Below the pieces are notes generated by a model. The model saw only the letters and a program-made list of their open reading frames with translations. It searched no databases and was not told where the DNA came from. Source: Marsupella aquatica (taxonomy: Eukaryota > Plantae > Marchantiophyta). Taken from it: a stretch of DNA of 64,000 bases. The stretch lies in NCBI GenBank assembly GCA_973895155.1, contig OZ316898.1:8667079-8731078 (forward strand). The letters run 5' to 3'. Both the position numbers and the translations under genes were made by a program. Positions within the stretch are counted from its first letter, which is position 1. The number at the start of each line of letters is the position of its first letter. This document shows, one piece after another, positions 1-15,000 of the stretch.

Positions 1-639
1 CATTGTGAATAGTTACTCACAAAATGTTTTGTGCAAGGTTCCAGGAGCGCTTTTTAATATTTTGCGCGAACTGGATTGGTCTGCGAACCCATCTGAATAG
101 CAAAGAATAGCGTTGGTTTCTTTCTGACCGTGGATATGGAGTTTCCGGTAGTTAAGTCATCTTAATCCATGACTCGTGAGCATGATTAATCGCAGCCTCG
201 TGGTAATCATGGTGGGTGGAAAAGTCTCCGTCAAATTAGCGGAGCAGCGTTTGTACTGTGGCTGTCGAAAATTTGGTAATGGTGACAACAGACTAGTCTA
301 CTGCTTTGACGGTGAGATTGGGATTTGGGAAGATACCAACGCATGCATAATAATTACATACTCTATAGTCTATGCTATTGGTGATTGTCCATGACATGAG
401 TCCTTCGTCGTTTGGTTGCTCCATCTGGAATGATTGTCGCCCATTGTTGTTTTGGGGAATTGGGAACTAGGAGCTAGCCCATTGTTGTTTTTGGGGAATT
501 GAGAATTGGGAGCTACTTGTGGTGCAAGCATGAATGATGAACGGATGTTTAAATAAAAATAGGTCTGCTATAATGATCAATGGATGTTGTAGAGTACAGT
601 AGAGTATTTGTTTTGTACTTTCAAATTCCTCTACGTGTG

Positions 640-1640
640 TCCTCCGTTTCCTTAGGCGAATGTCACTGAGCTTGAAATTAAAATACTCGCCGTCAACTGC
701 CGTTGAAAATCGGCCAACCCCTATTTCAAACTGGTCATCCTATGCTATGATGCAGGCTAAATTTTAAGGTTATCCCTTTTCTCGAGGGTGGCCAAGGTGA
801 CATTGTGAGAAGGGGAAGATGCTAATTCACTATCTAATTTTCCTGCTTCATTGCTGACCATCAGATGTCCCTAGATTTTCAAGCATAACGATTGGCAATT
901 GGGGTCTGCAGCTAGGTGGGAAACTGGGTAATAGAAGACACAAATCTTAACTAATTTGATTTGCCAAGGGTGTAGAATACCTTTTCAGTAAGGTGGAATT
1001 TGGGAAAACAAATCTCGCTTCTATGGCCACCTCATGAGGGGAATGTCATTGAGATTAGAGTTAAAGTAGTCATCGAACTTTCATAATACAAATAGGCAAG
1101 CACCTTAAACACTACAGTGCCTCTCCTCCAGCTTCATCAGGCGAATGTCACTGTGCACTGAACTAAACTAACTGTCAATTGCCGTTGAAAAATAGTCCAA
1201 TCACTATCAACTTGGTCATCCTCTAGGATTGTCACTTCATCAGCCAAATGTCACTGAACTCGTTAAACATTCATGATAGAAATAGTGCCACAGACTACAG
1301 TCCCCCCTCGTTCCTGTTCATCAGGCGAGTGTTCCTGATTTGGAGTAAAAACACTCACCAATATTTCACTTCAAAGTAGGTGATGGGTAAGAATGACCTA
1401 TGCTGTCAATTACAAATTATAGGTATTGACCTACAGTCGCCCGTTTCAAACTCTACTTTGCTCCACTTTACAAGGCGAATGTCACTGACGGCTTAATTGG
1501 AATACCCACTACGCTTTTTGAGTAAAGCTCCAGCCTACAAATTTTGAAACCCCTTGGTAGCAACAGCCCCCAAACAAAATAGCTGTAGGCCCAAATCTTC
1601 CTTGTTCCCACCAACAAAGGCGTTGTCTCTGGCGAGCAAT
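640..1640. repeat. Degenerate dispersed repeat family with core AGGCGAATGTCACTGA (~7 copies)
   Basis: Core or variants at ~655, ~1040, ~1140, ~1241, ~1324, ~1473 and ~1618. Often preceded by CTACAGT...CTTCATC, and sometimes followed by GTCAA(C/T)TGCCGTTGAAAA (~692, ~1175). Confidence 0.6.
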
Positions 1641-1874
1641 TTTGGGTCAAAAGTAAAGACCCCCATTAGATCTCGAGGTTGTGTGCTTTGGATGGGGCTA
1701 AGTTTAGGCCCTCTTTATTTTCTCGAGACAGATTCTCCTTTCGATGGCTTATTATGATCCCTTACCGCAAGAAGTGGAGCTTTTCAAAGATTTCTGGTGA
1801 GGGGGGTAAAAGGGGGAGCGGTAGAACACTAAAACATTCCCCTGGTAACGGGATTTTCTGGTGGTGGGTTTGAA

Positions 1875-2260
1875 CTAGTTGACGGCATATTATTTTGTAT
1901 TGGCTCGAGGATTGGTTCGAACTCCAGAAAATTGGCCTCCTTTTGAATGACCTCGAGGATTGGTTGGTTAGAATTCAAGGTTTACTGATGGGTAGGATTC
2001 TTGGTTTCTCCTCGAGAATGGATTTTGTGGTTGGGTTACAAATATTTGACGGCAATATTAGTTTGTATTGGCTCGAGGGACTTGTTGGAGCTGTGAGTTC
2101 GAAGTACAGAAATTGAGACATCCCTATGTATAAACTCGAGGAGTGGTTGGTTAGAGTTCGAACTTTACTGCTGGGTTGGGTATTCTTGGTTTCTCCTCGA
2201 GAATGGATTTTTGTGGTTGGGGTTTCAAATTTGTTGTTGGGGTCCAAATATTTGACGGCT
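1875..2260. repeat. Imperfect tandem duplication (~165-180 bp), rich in CTCGAG
   Basis: TTGTATTGGCTCGAGG, TTTACTG.TGGGT.GG..TTCTTGGTTTCTCCTCGAGAATGGATTTT and AAATATTTGACGGC each occur twice. Confidence 0.7.
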
Positions 2261-2499
2261 TTTAACGGCGTCTGCTGTGATTTCGTAGTTGGGCATTAAG
2301 GATACTGTATTGATTTCTTGGGCTGTTTCTTGTGGGGGTTTGGACCGTATAATTATACATTATTATTATTATTACTAGGATTTGTTCTTTGGCAATTTGA
2401 TATGGTCCTATGGACCCTATCAATCTACATTATTAGAGACGAGCCACACGAGAAAAACTTGTTTTTAATTTAATTTGTGTTTTATCAAGTTTGACACTC

Positions 2500-4456
2500 C
2501 GATGGATCATAATATAATCGTCGGACTACAATAGACCCTTGGCAAGATAAGTTTGCCCCTGACCCCTCCATGCTTTTTATTTAGTAGCATCCCGGTTGGC
2601 CCAGGACCTGAGCAAAGTATTCACTATCTTTTATTCCATCAGATGACGGTAACAACATTACTGTCCTTATTTATTTTCATAATTTTATAAATATTATATA
2701 CACTGAAATAGATACTTCAAGTATTATTCAAATTTATATCACAAAACTTCTTTTGAGATTTTACAGTTGCTGATTTTTCGAGTCAGGTCCAAAAAAGTTA
2801 ATATTATTTTGTTTTTTGCTCCAACAGTAATGGCACTGGGGTACTCTTTTAATTGAATTTGCTTACTGAGTTGAATGCTCAAAGGGATCATAGACCAAGC
2901 GCATTGCAAAGTTTTAACTTAATGGCTAACTAGTAAAACATTATTGTGTCAATTATTGTACCCTTTGGTTCCAAAGTGAAGGCTTCCATTCGAAGCATTA
3001 TTGGAGAGGATCCCTTGATTGCTAGCTCTTTTTACATTTCAATTATTTAATGCTTTCAAAGCGTAGCATATTCGACAAATGTTGTGGTCCTACTGAAGCT
3101 GCATAATTGTGTCAATAAATGCATGAGCTTCATACATCCTTGGAGTATTTGCAAAGATGAAATCCATAACTATGCTTCAAAAATACCTAATGCTCTAACA
3201 TTCTACCAAAGGATAGTCACTTTCAGCCCAAACTAGAGCATTTATGGTTTTCAAGTTCTCCTTCAAAGGCTAAAGAAGAAACCAGTCCATTAGGACACGA
3301 TCTACAACCTGCTGTTTCCTGAAATTCTTTTGGTGAGCCAATGTGGAAAATTTGGTTCTCAACCCTGACTGAAACCCAACTTTTGGGTAAACTTTACCCA
3401 ACCGGATAAACTCTGCATCCTCAAATTTTTGAATACTGTTAGACACTTACTCTTGGGTTTAGAGTTACTTTATAATTGTAGTTAGTCTGTGCCTAATCAA
3501 GTACTTGAGTAAGGTGAGATATGCTATCCAATATATGCACAAGCAAGAGTTAGCTTATGAAAGAACTTACGCTCATGACTACAGATTGTCTGAGAGATAG
3601 CAAACACGTGTGCTACAGACATTTGGTATTTTGGTAGACTTAAAGTGCAAAAACTTTCTGGTCTGTGTTCCCATGGAGATAATCTCTGTAGAGATGAAGA
3701 CTACAGTGGTGCATATCTCTTGTGTTGCTATTTGTTTGTTGGATGCTTCAAGTGTGCATGGTGTCAGGCATGCTATATATTAGAGTTCCATTGCTCAACA
3801 AATTTGGCCATTTTCTGAAGCTCCCCTAAGCATTGGGACAATTGCTATAAATCAGTCCACTGATTGCCCAAATTTAGTGGCACCAGCAGTTTTGGGGAAT
3901 CTTGGAATTTTATCTTGTGACTTGGCCCACAACATTTGGTCATGTAAAACCTACATGGAACATCTAGTTTGAGACACCCTTATTGTACTGCTGTACTCGT
4001 TTTGGTACTTGTAGGTTCTTTTCCTCTTGTCTCTGTTATTATCTTTGCATACTTTTAATATATTGCTTTAGAAAACAAGGTTGAAATTCTTCCTCCCTGG
4101 AGACAAAAGTCTAGAAGAGTTACTTCCTGGCCTTTATGTGATCAAGGTGCAAGATACTGGATCTAATGATTTTATTGTTAGGCTGTGTCTTTCACATTCC
4201 CAGTGGTCCACTTGGGCTAGGCCCTAGGTCAGGCCTTCCATTTACTGTGGTGGTACTTTAGTTCATGACTCTTGATGATAAAAATGATTTTTACTTGCTC
4301 CCAGACTTTGGCAGGTGGCCAGCCAAAAAGTTTTCTCAATCTGCTTTTTTGCTTGTACCTAGTCTCTTTAATGGGTTTTTGGCCTGTGGGATCCTGTCTC
4401 CAGGTCAGGAGTCTTTTGCTCGTTTGCTCTTTTGCAATGATATATATATATATATA
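2500..4456 (+). mobile_element. Possible highly decayed non-LTR retroelement 3' portion ending in a (TA)n tail
   Basis: CpG-depleted, stop-riddled sequence ending in a T-rich tract and (AT)n at ~4437-4456. No clean RT motif is readable, so support is weak. Confidence 0.2.
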
Positions 4457-4538
4457 GCCTAAGCATGTGTCTATGGCTTAACTCAACAGATTACACAGAT
4501 TACCCTTGAATAAGGTTTCAGGCTATTATGTCTCTTTG

Positions 4539-4572
<34 letters not shown>
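4539..4572. repeat. (CA)n microsatellite
   Basis: Uninterrupted CA run of ~17 units. Confidence 0.95.
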
Positions 4573-4574
<2 letters not shown>

Positions 4575-5360
4575 GTTTCCTAGAGTTTAAATAAAGGTGA
4601 GGGTGACTTTGCAAGAAGTTGGGGCCACTACTTCTTTCTATCACTTTGAGATTAAATATGGAACTGTATAATAACTACAGTTAGCTTTATAGGGGTGTGT
4701 GAGAGGGGGGGGGCATTCAGTTATGGTGTCTACCAATACTAAATGGTAAGTAGTGGGCCCAGGGAAATCAGGGTGTGGAGTTTTTATTTGTCTAGAATCT
4801 TAGAGCCCCTCCACAGGTGGTCCAAATATTTCAAACTTTGTCTCCTTCATTGAAAGGATTTGCATTTATTGAACTTCATTGCAACAGATTTTGGTCTGGA
4901 ATCTATCTTTAGAAGAAGAAGTGGCACTCCACTTTGTTGTGGTGAAAAAAGTCACAATTGACTCAAAGACTTGAAAAGCCACCCTCACCTTTTCTACAAT
5001 ACTATTGCACCTGGGACCACTCAACTTTGGTTCTGTCCTTGGGACATTCTCATAAAATCAGTCCCACCTGGTGTGGGGAATGCCTGGCTCTGGATGACTT
5101 TAGTGTGACCTGACTAAGCAACAAGTCTTTTTATCCCTAAAAAGCCTTGTAAAATTAAAACCTGATTGCCCTGCCTGCCAGAACCCGCCTGCCAGAACTG
5201 GTGAGTTTGTGTATGCAATAAGTCGTGTTGCCCACCCACTCTTGTCAAATATTGTCGACAGCAGCAATAGTCTACTCTTGAAACACTTGGTTGGCCACAA
5301 TGACATAGAAATCAGCAAAACATATTTGTGGGAGTTCCAATTTGGTGGGGCTCTGTTTTG

Positions 5361-5697
5361 GAGATATTTACTTGATAGGGCCCCAAAATGAAAAGTGTTA
5401 CTTGATAGGATCCCTCATAGATCCAGACCGTTGATTGACTTTGATAGACCTTGAATCATTGTACCCAGAACCTGGGTGCTCTTATGGAGTAACACTTTTC
5501 ATTTTGGGATCCCATCAAATTTCATTTTGGGATCCCATCAAACAAATACCTCTTATTCAGTAACACTTTTCATTTTGGGATCCCATCAAACAAATACCTC
5601 TCTTATTAAATAACACTTTTCATTTTGGGGTACATCAACAAATACCTCCTCTGTTCATTCATTTTGGGGTACACCAAACAAATACCTCCTCTGTTCA
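5361..5697. repeat. MITE-like inverted repeat with a tandemly amplified right arm
   Basis: 5361-5402 is the reverse complement of the unit AGTAACACTTTTCATTTTGGGATCCCATCAAACAAATACCTC. That unit occurs ~5 times (full or partial) between 5488 and 5697. Confidence 0.7.
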
Positions 5698-8600
5698 TGC
5701 AGCTGTATGCACAAGCAGGCCGCCACTTGTCTGGCCACTGAGGCCAAATACCCAGTCGAGAGTAGTGCACCTGTGAGGATAGTCTAATCAGGTAGAGAGA
5801 GTCTTTTAGAGAGAGGCTTTTTTGCCCTTGTGACAGTGCATGCAATGTCTGAGGTAAAGCGAGCTTATTCCACTCGAGTGCATACCGTACCTTTCATGAT
5901 TTTGTTCAGGATAGCAGAGCTAATGATGTAGAAAGAACACAAAAAATGTTGATATCATGCCCCACTTTTTCTCTGGCGCAATGTGACGATTCGATGGGGT
6001 TTGTCAGTTCTCACCTTTTCGGTTTCCCTCGTGCAGCAGCCTTTCTTGAGAAGAGCTCTTGTGAGATTTCGGACTGTGGTTGGTTTCTCTTACGGAGTAA
6101 TGACCACAGGCTGGAGGTCTCTCTGTGTTCAAAACGGGATTCTGTGCTTGGACGGCAACCATTGGCAAGTACACTGAAAGCTTTGAGATGTGGCAGGAAT
6201 TCCTTTTGAAACGAGAATGCTCGGTAAAGATGTGAAGGTCTTCATGAACAAGTCAGGAACCCAATTTATCCCGAACTAACGTACAAGTCACTCCGAAAAC
6301 CCCAGTTTGATGAATTTCTCAAAACCCTCATTGGCGAGTGTGAAGTGCTTCGTTAGTCATCCATGGACCCGGAGCCTTTGTTGTATTACCGCACGCAATA
6401 CAGTTTAATTAAACGCCTCGACGTCCTCCTCTCGAGCTCGTCAGCCAACTTTATCGCCATTTGCAACAGTAATTTCACCGAATGCTTCCTGCATGAGCCT
6501 CACTTTGCTCCTTTTTGACACACACACTGACATGGGTCCTGTAAAAACCGAGCTCCTCAGAACTGTGAGGTATTGAATTCAAAAAGCATGGTGTACAATT
6601 GTACTGAGAAACTACTTAAATCAAATGTGAGGGATCAACTCTCATCGCTGCTGCAGTTTAGGAAATCGTACTGAGGGCCAGCATCCATGTTACTCAAAAG
6701 ATGGTGAGAATCTCGTGAACAGATCGAGATTTTTTGTTTTCCTTTTTATATGTTTTCCAATTTCATGTTGTCAGGCGTGCAATGTGAGAGCACAGCAAAG
6801 CCACTCACTGCAACACACTAATAAATTTGAGAATGGGATACTTGTCACCACAACAACGTACTTATTTGCATGAAAAGACAATAATGCATGGAAGGAAGGA
6901 ATGTTAGATGTAGTAATTACTGGTTGAAGTGGGAGTCCGAAGGCATGCTTGCATGGCAAGATGTACGCTGAAGGAGATTAATCAGATCGCTGTCTCCAAA
7001 AGTTTCTCAGTCTTCAAGCTTTTGTCATGTCATGCAGTCTAAGTTCCAGTGGTGAGGACACCGTATCAAAAGAAATCCACCCAAAGTAGTTCAAAGCTAG
7101 GCACATGAGGTGTGAAGTAGCCACATGGTCATATTATGCAGGTGTCGAGAGGTGATGGGTGCATAAAATAACGCCTGTGGGTCAGTGAGGTCACCCAGCT
7201 GCAACAGCACTGGAAGTTTAAAAAATGGCCAATCAGTACGTCATTCAGTTGGGCATTGGACGGAATCTTTATTTGGGTGCATGGATGATCTCAGCAAGTC
7301 GGTCTTCAAGGTCTGTTAAGAGTAATGCCTGTCCCAACATTGCAACGCCCACCATCTCCAGATGGTGCTGCCCAAATCATCTGAGTGCATGGATGATCTC
7401 AGCGATTGGTTATTCAGTGCTTGACAGAGTAATGCCTCAGTTTCAACATTTTGATGCCTACCTCCAGTGGACATGGCCATGGCTCGAACCTACTGTGGTG
7501 ATTGATGAATCAAGGGCTAGTTGCTCGAATCTTACTCTCGAAGGTAACCCAAAGTCCATGTGGGACTCTCTTGCATGTACAGAGGCGGTGGGGACTCGCT
7601 GAAATGTCCTTCAGATATCAATTTTGTGCATGATTACATGATTATGTTGCTGCAGTTAGTTTCTATCACACCTTGAGCTCTGCTGTACATCGAGCGGAAA
7701 GCATTACACTTTAGAGATCTTACCGGTCTTTCAGCAAGAGCTGAACTATATGAGTTAGCCCAACTAAGACTGATATGATGAACATAGTAGCTCGCCTAGC
7801 ATGCAAAACCATTGGAAGAACTTCTCGGGTTTCTGACAGTCTGCAGGCTCGACACAAAAACTGAAGCACGAGAAACTGGACGACAAGATGATTATTGCTG
7901 GATGCGTGCAAACATACCCCTGATGGCAGGTTTCTCGAATTTAGCTCCGCTGGCTCACTTTCGGAGAGGATTTGGTTGCAACCTACTCATGTCAAATTGA
8001 GAATACTCAAACGGAGTGTAGTGTGAGAATATCCTAGAGGTAATTCTACAAGAAGTTAGCGAGCTATAGTTTCTACCCTATATATATGAATGAGATCAGC
8101 ACCACTGGACCGACAATGCATGGGATTTCTATAAGAATAAACCAGTCATTGATACATCCTTTAGGCAAGAGTCCACGCACGACGGAAATTCGGAGCCCAA
8201 TCCGGAGCCCACGCACCAACTGTTCATCACGCTGCTGCCATAGGCTGAATTTAAATTCTTTGCAACTGAACAATTTGTGACGCTACTATAACCGTTATTA
8301 CAACTGCACAAACTTGTTCCGATGCTCAAGACAGGGCACTGAGGAATACAACAGAACTGATAATATTGTACAAATATGAACAGTGTACAACACTATACAA
8401 ATAGGACTTCCACGTTGGAACGCGCCAGGATAGCACAGATTTGATGCTGTGAAGGCGTAAACTTGTGTCTTCATGTCCTCTCCATTCGTCATTCGTCATT
8501 GATACTTCTACTTTCTCTTGCCAATATCTGTACATTGTATCAATATTCGGTCCTTCCACCACCCACCAATTAGAACACAATGAGATAATTCGATCGGAAG

Positions 8601-9006
8601 CAAGTCTCCAAACTCAGGTTGGCCGTAAGGGAGCCTTTGACGCATTTGATTTGAGCAAACTTCTTTGCGGCAATAGACCTGTCAAGTGAGCAGCCAGTGG
8701 CTCAGTAAACAAGTTCTAGGTAAAAGATCACTGTATATTTCTAGTTACCCCTGTAGTACACAAGATACTGAAGTAATCCTAAGATCATTCTATGATCAGG
8801 TACCTGCTCGCAACTGGTCAAAGGGGTAGACCGTACCGTGCAGCTTGCCACAGAAGACCTCCAATCGTTCCTTTAGAGCGGACAGGAATGGTGGGCAGTA
8901 GATAGTAGAAGGCACGGAGATCACCAATATGCCAAAGTTGAAGTGACGAGGATGTATTGTGAAAATCCTTAGAGCGAAATAACCACGCCTTGTGCACTCA
9001 TCCCAG

Positions 9007-12000
9007 TCAAGACATAGCAAGCTCAGCGGCTGCACCAACAGCAGCGGGGCCCCCCCGTTCTAACAGCGCAAAGGCAAGGTCATGCTGCTGCCACCACCGA
9101 AGCCCAGTTGCAAGCCTTTGGAGTGTTTCTACCTTGACATCTGGGATCCAATTAGGTGTACAAGTGACCATTAATGCAATAAATCCAATGACATAAGCCT
9201 TCCATGTTGTATGTTTGCAATTGATTGAAATCTTCCCATCCAATCCACTTGCAAGTAGCTCCAAATGTGTGCCCAGAACATGCTGCCTACGCATTTCTAC
9301 TGGCATCCCTGAGGTAATTCCAGGATTTGTACCAAACTGGGAAGAAGAGGGCACATTTTTAGCCGAGATTCCCCAAGCCAATGCTCCAGACAGTAGCACA
9401 AAACGGGCTATAGCATACCCTTCCAGGACTGTACCCTTGGACTCATGATGTTTGGTTCCATCAGTGGCTTTTGTTCTACCAGATAACAGCCAGGTTGGAA
9501 GACTCTCGAGATATAATTTTCGAACTAGGGTTGCCCCGCCTGAAACTGTAAGAAATGAAGCTCCTAGACTAGACGCCTGAGCAGCTCTTGCTATGGCATT
9601 GCTCAAAGAGGGATGAGAACATCTTAATTTCGGATGAGAAATACCCTCTGAATCTTTCTCCGATAGACCCTGCACAGCCAGGTCCCTACTCGACTCTGCT
9701 ACAAGCGAAAGAAGCTCATCACTAACGAACATGATGTCATGAAGTGTGGGGAAGGCTCTCAGGTAAAGCATGCCAGGTGCTAATGAGGATATTCCAGTCG
9801 TGCTTGGCAACCAGTGGCCATGGCCAAGTAGAGGTCCCACCCCACCATGACCCTGCATCTTAGAAGTCAGTGTGGATGTTGTGCATAGAACAGCTGCAAA
9901 GCAGCTTCGGAGGAGCTGTGAGAAAGCCTGCTTGTTTTGCTTGAAAATAGATGTCGTTACATTGAAAATAATGAAGTCATGCCAGCGCCGCATCTTTTGT
10001 GTCCACAAAGCTGCCAATACAGCCATTGACGGCCATGGTCCAGCTGAGCTTGCTGTCTCCAGACCAGGTCCAGCAACACCCAACACCCCATCTGATTGTT
10101 TGTCCAACTTGAAGGTAATTGTCAGACTGACTAAGGCAGCAAGGGGTAGTGGAAGAGAAGCCGGGGCATTACCTCCAACCGTGCCTGCTCCCAGGAACCA
10201 CACATTCACAACATCAGTACTCCCACTATGTATGCGAGCATTTAAGTCCAAGTGGAGGAACAGAATACACTTCCGACGGAAACTATGTAATGAGTCAATA
10301 TACCCAAAGATGGTCACAATTGAATGTGAAACGAGAAAAAGAAGACATCAATGGAATTACGGGACATTTCACTGTCAGCAGCAGGTCCAATGATGGCTGC
10401 GTGAATGCTTCAAATTCAAAGACACCGATCGACCCAACCAATAGGGCCACTCTATCAGCTGTACATACACTAGGAGTTAGTCCTAAGGATGACGAATCAG
10501 AAGCCCGAGAATGTGGGCAGCAAACACAGAAGCATGACTATGGTAGGGGACTTGAAAGAGTAGGTTTGTGAGGTCAATAATGTCTTTCTGACGGTTTCCA
10601 AAATCGTGTTAACAAAATTGCATGCTCTGAACATGTTACAGTATGTAAACAATCTAGACAATTCCGTGCAATTACCTGTGACTAGGCCTGGAATGTTGAC
10701 TCCAGCACTTGCTAGCAAGTCTTGGATCTCTGCTTCTACTGCAAAAAGATTAGCAGCTGGACTCGGCCAATCATTTCCATTCATTGATGCCGGCTTATAC
10801 AACCCACGATAAACCTCAGCACCACAGCAACTTACGAAAGATGCCATTGTTGCAGGTAAGTAGTCGATCAGGTCTCGAAGCCCTATTAAAAAGCAACAGA
10901 ATGATAATTGTTAACTGCTATCCTAGATGGGAACACCGCATTATATCGTGCGAGAAACATTGACTAGGTTGTAACGACACAAATAAGCATATAGTTCTAT
11001 TGAATCAGACTTTAGGACAAGCACCTTCTCGAAACTTTTTTCCATACTTCAAACAATTAGAGTAATAAATACAAGACAACAATAGCCCACTTTTGGGATA
11101 TGATCAACAGGACCACCAACCCTCCTAACCTCGTACTTTTAATTTCCACACTCATGAAAATAACAACACACCTGTAGTCAAATCACGAGGAGTTAATCTT
11201 CCATGAGAACACGCAGTGAATACTTCCTCAACAACAAACGGTACGGCAGCGATGACATCCCAGGCTGGTAAAGCAGGCTTCTCGTCTCCTCCAGAACTAC
11301 TAGATTGGCTGCCAGAGTTGTTCTTGCCGAACTTTTTGAACATTATATTTAGCAACCGATCTGCTAATTGGTGGACTGGATCTCCCCGCACAAGACCACA
11401 TAATGTAGAAGCAATGCAAGCCTGGTGCTGAGTATACCAAGCTTTCAGTTTGGGGAAGGAGTCTAACGTTATAGTCTGCGACACTGAAGTTGGTGTACTA
11501 GGCATCGGACTTCTTATGGACGACATCGAATGGGAATAACTAGGACTAAGAGGTGATAGTCTCTTGCTCTGCATCGGATCTGCTAGAAGATCTTTACTAC
11601 AGCTCTTATCCCCATACCCTCCACAGCTTGCAGTCTGCATTCCCCGTATTTGCAGTAGATACTCAAGACTGAGGTCTGCCCCAAGACCAGGTCCACTGCC
11701 AAGCAAACAATGTTCCAGGGGCGGCCGATGGAATTTCCAGAGTCTCACAAGGAGCAGAAAGGCCACCGAGAAAATCTTGTAGACATCCTCCCCTGCTGAA
11801 GCACTTCGCGGCAAGGATGGTTGCAGAGACCCATATACCTCACAAATTGGTAGCAGAGATGCTGCAAGCTCTGGGAACTGATAAAATTGAAACACCACCA
11901 TTTGAATGTATTATTAACATGAGCCCAACAGAGACTGCCAACAGAGACTGGAAAGTTAATGTAGGGTAGTACTATAATCAAGGACACCCACAGGCAGCTC

Positions 12001-15000
12001 ATAAAAACATGAATCAAGTCTTACCATGCCATACAAGGCCAGTATATTGAGGACATCCACCGAGGTCATTGAATCAAGAACTTGATACAGCATGGGACCA
12101 TACGCAATGAGATGACTTCCTGATCCACGATTGTCGGGACCCAAGGGAGGAGGAGAGAGCAGTTTAACTGCCAGTCGTACAGCATGTTCCTGTCCAAAGG
12201 TAAACAAAGGAGGCTTGAGAACCATTCGTCCCAGGCTAAAATCCTTACACACATACCCACTTTCATTTTGAAACAGTAAAAGTTGCAACTGTAAAGCTCC
12301 CGGCCAACAAAATATAGATCGCAAAGCCTACTCGGTGCATGCACAAGAAACCTTTTATTTCAATTCTAGCCCAAGTGCGTACCACAAACACATACCTGAA
12401 CATTCCAGCTACGACTAAGTGATGCACCGCATAAAATACTTGCAGCAGCAGCACGCTCGTCATCAGGGCCATTGATAGCAATTTGGTACACTTTCTCCAG
12501 CTCTGTCACACTTCCATGAACAAGAGCAAGCAAAGATCTTTCACTAACAAACATTCAATCACTCTTTCAAGGGTAGTAGGACAGAGACACATTTCTCTCC
12601 CACTCTCTAGAACATTAACTTCTGTCAGATTGACTTTCCACAGTGGTTAGGTCCGTCAAGCTCAGTTTCTCACAGGGGTTCACTATTTCCTTCGGGGACG
12701 AGGATTTACTCCAGAACAAAGCTAGAAATCCAAGAAGCTAATTCAAGGGATAAACAAACTAATGCAGATCCATTCCACTTGATACGCGCAGCGACTTATC
12801 CACAGAAGAAGTCAGTCTTACCTTCCTGCTGGACTGTTCACAAGAGCATTTGTTAAAGACGCGGAGAGAGGAGCGCCTTCCATGAACGCTGCCCATGGAG
12901 AGCTTTGAGGGGGATTGGGCGGCGATAAGCTGCCTCCTGATCCTGTTTTCCCTAGCCAAAAATACGCCGTAGTGTCCAGTAATCCCCTTGAAATACATGC
13001 CTCCACAATTAAGTGTCTCATATTACCCGCTGCAAACAAATCAATACGGAAAGTTTGGAATGTGTCAAACAAGTCTTCCTGGCCTTCAGTGCCAAAAGAT
13101 TAATCTACTCAACAAAGTCAGATAGATGTCGAGGGAGAAAATGGTATAGACAGTAGAAAGGTCGCGCTAACCTGTTGCTTTGGGCAATACACTTGGATCG
13201 TTGGCCATCCCTGCATTTGCATTCAAATTGGCGAGAAAAGATGCTATGGATACCGCTGCTTGATTTGCGGCGACAACAGCAATTTTGGGGGGATACAGAA
13301 GAGCCTCAAACTGACCCAAAACCTGCAAACTCAGGACATTAGCTGCACGCCGAACACCTTGGGACATTCGTTCTTTGTCATCTGCACTTCCATTGGAAAT
13401 TGACATGCTCTCCCAGCGCATGTTACCATTTCCTGACAGGCCTTTTTCTTCTTCTTCCACGAGCACGAGGCAGGCCAAAGGCACATGTGACAAAAGCATG
13501 CACATCCGTGACTCAATATGTGGTTTCGGGCCCTCCACCCAATCACGATCCTGCAGTCCATGTTGCAAATCAAAACCCCAATACCTCGTTCAATCCAATG
13601 AATACACAGTCCAGAGCCGGACAAACGTTTCCTCAGGATGACAGACATTCTGGAAACTTTGCATCAGACAATTAGACACCAGTCCCTTGGAAGCATAAGA
13701 CATCCAAACGGAGACAAATTCAATAAAAACGTGCCAGTTTGTATAAATCATCCAAAGCTTGTGACCTCGACTCAAATTCAAAGCCCCGTGTGTTAATGCT
13801 TTCACATACACACCCGATGAGTAAGGCGGAGTGCTGCCGTCCACGTAGCTAGAAAAACCTCAAGCCAGGAAGCTCCTTGCATGGCTTGCAATGTTTTCAT
13901 AATATCTGCAATCAAAAACCCCTCGGTCCACTGAAGCTGTGCCCCCCTACAAATGGACACAAAGACTACAAAGACAAAGGAGAAGCAGCGTCTTACGGCG
14001 GCAGTGTAGAGCTAAATCAACCACGAACGTAGAAACTATAAGAGATATGGCTGCCACGTAAAAACTTACTGAGGCATAAACCAAGGACGTGAGATACAGC
14101 AAAACTAATAAACCATTCGATATTAATCCCGGCGGAAACATGGTGTCCGTTTAGGGTTTGTCTTTTTAAGGTCTCAAACATTTTTTAAGGTCGAGACAAC
14201 ATACAAGGAGCGGAGGGAACATTGGGTCAGTATTTCGAACCGGCAATCGTCGCAGAAGGAGATTTGACATGAAGCCTTTGCTTTTCCATCGCAGCCTCCA
14301 TGTATATATCCAAAGGAAGCCAAGCACTTAGGGTTCCAACACCCCACCCATCTCCAAAAGAACTACTTCGAGATCCACTATCCATCAGCGCTTGGATGAC
14401 TGGGAGCTGGGTTGGTCGCCACTCACGGTAGAGACCCTGCTGAATTGCAGCAGCAAGATTCCCAAGAGCCTCCGGTGCTTCTTTAGGAACTGACGACAAT
14501 TTATTTCGAGTTAATAATTCAAGAGTATGCAGAGTCCGAGCAAAGACGCTCCATTGATCAGGTCTGTTGAGCATGTGAAAACAGAAAATTGCAATTAATT
14601 TCAAACGTTTGCAAAAACAACAATTTACAATGCACTTCTTTCCTTCCATCTCGATTCAACACTTATAATGTACAAGATTCAAATCCTGGTGCAAGACAAC
14701 AAGAATTTCAAACAACATAGTGGGTAGCCAGAACTCGTAGCCAAGAACCTCACGAGACTGACAGTGTATAAAGCAGATTTAGTGAAACAAGTTGTCGTGG
14801 AGTAATTCACCAAGAAATTGGAACGTTATTATCACGGGGAACTCACAAGATCCTACGAGCCAGGCGGAGCAATGCAGCAGTTCGTTTATTTTGCATAATC
14901 TTGGCAACTAATTCAAGAGCAATTAGACTATTGCTTTTTTTCGCATGCTCCTTCTCCTGCTTTTTCAACAGCTCCTTTTCTTCAGCATCATCGTCCATGT

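Noticed and set aside
5081-5100. miR160-like sequence TGCCTGGCTC
   Set aside because: Only 10 nt match and no star-strand hairpin is evident.
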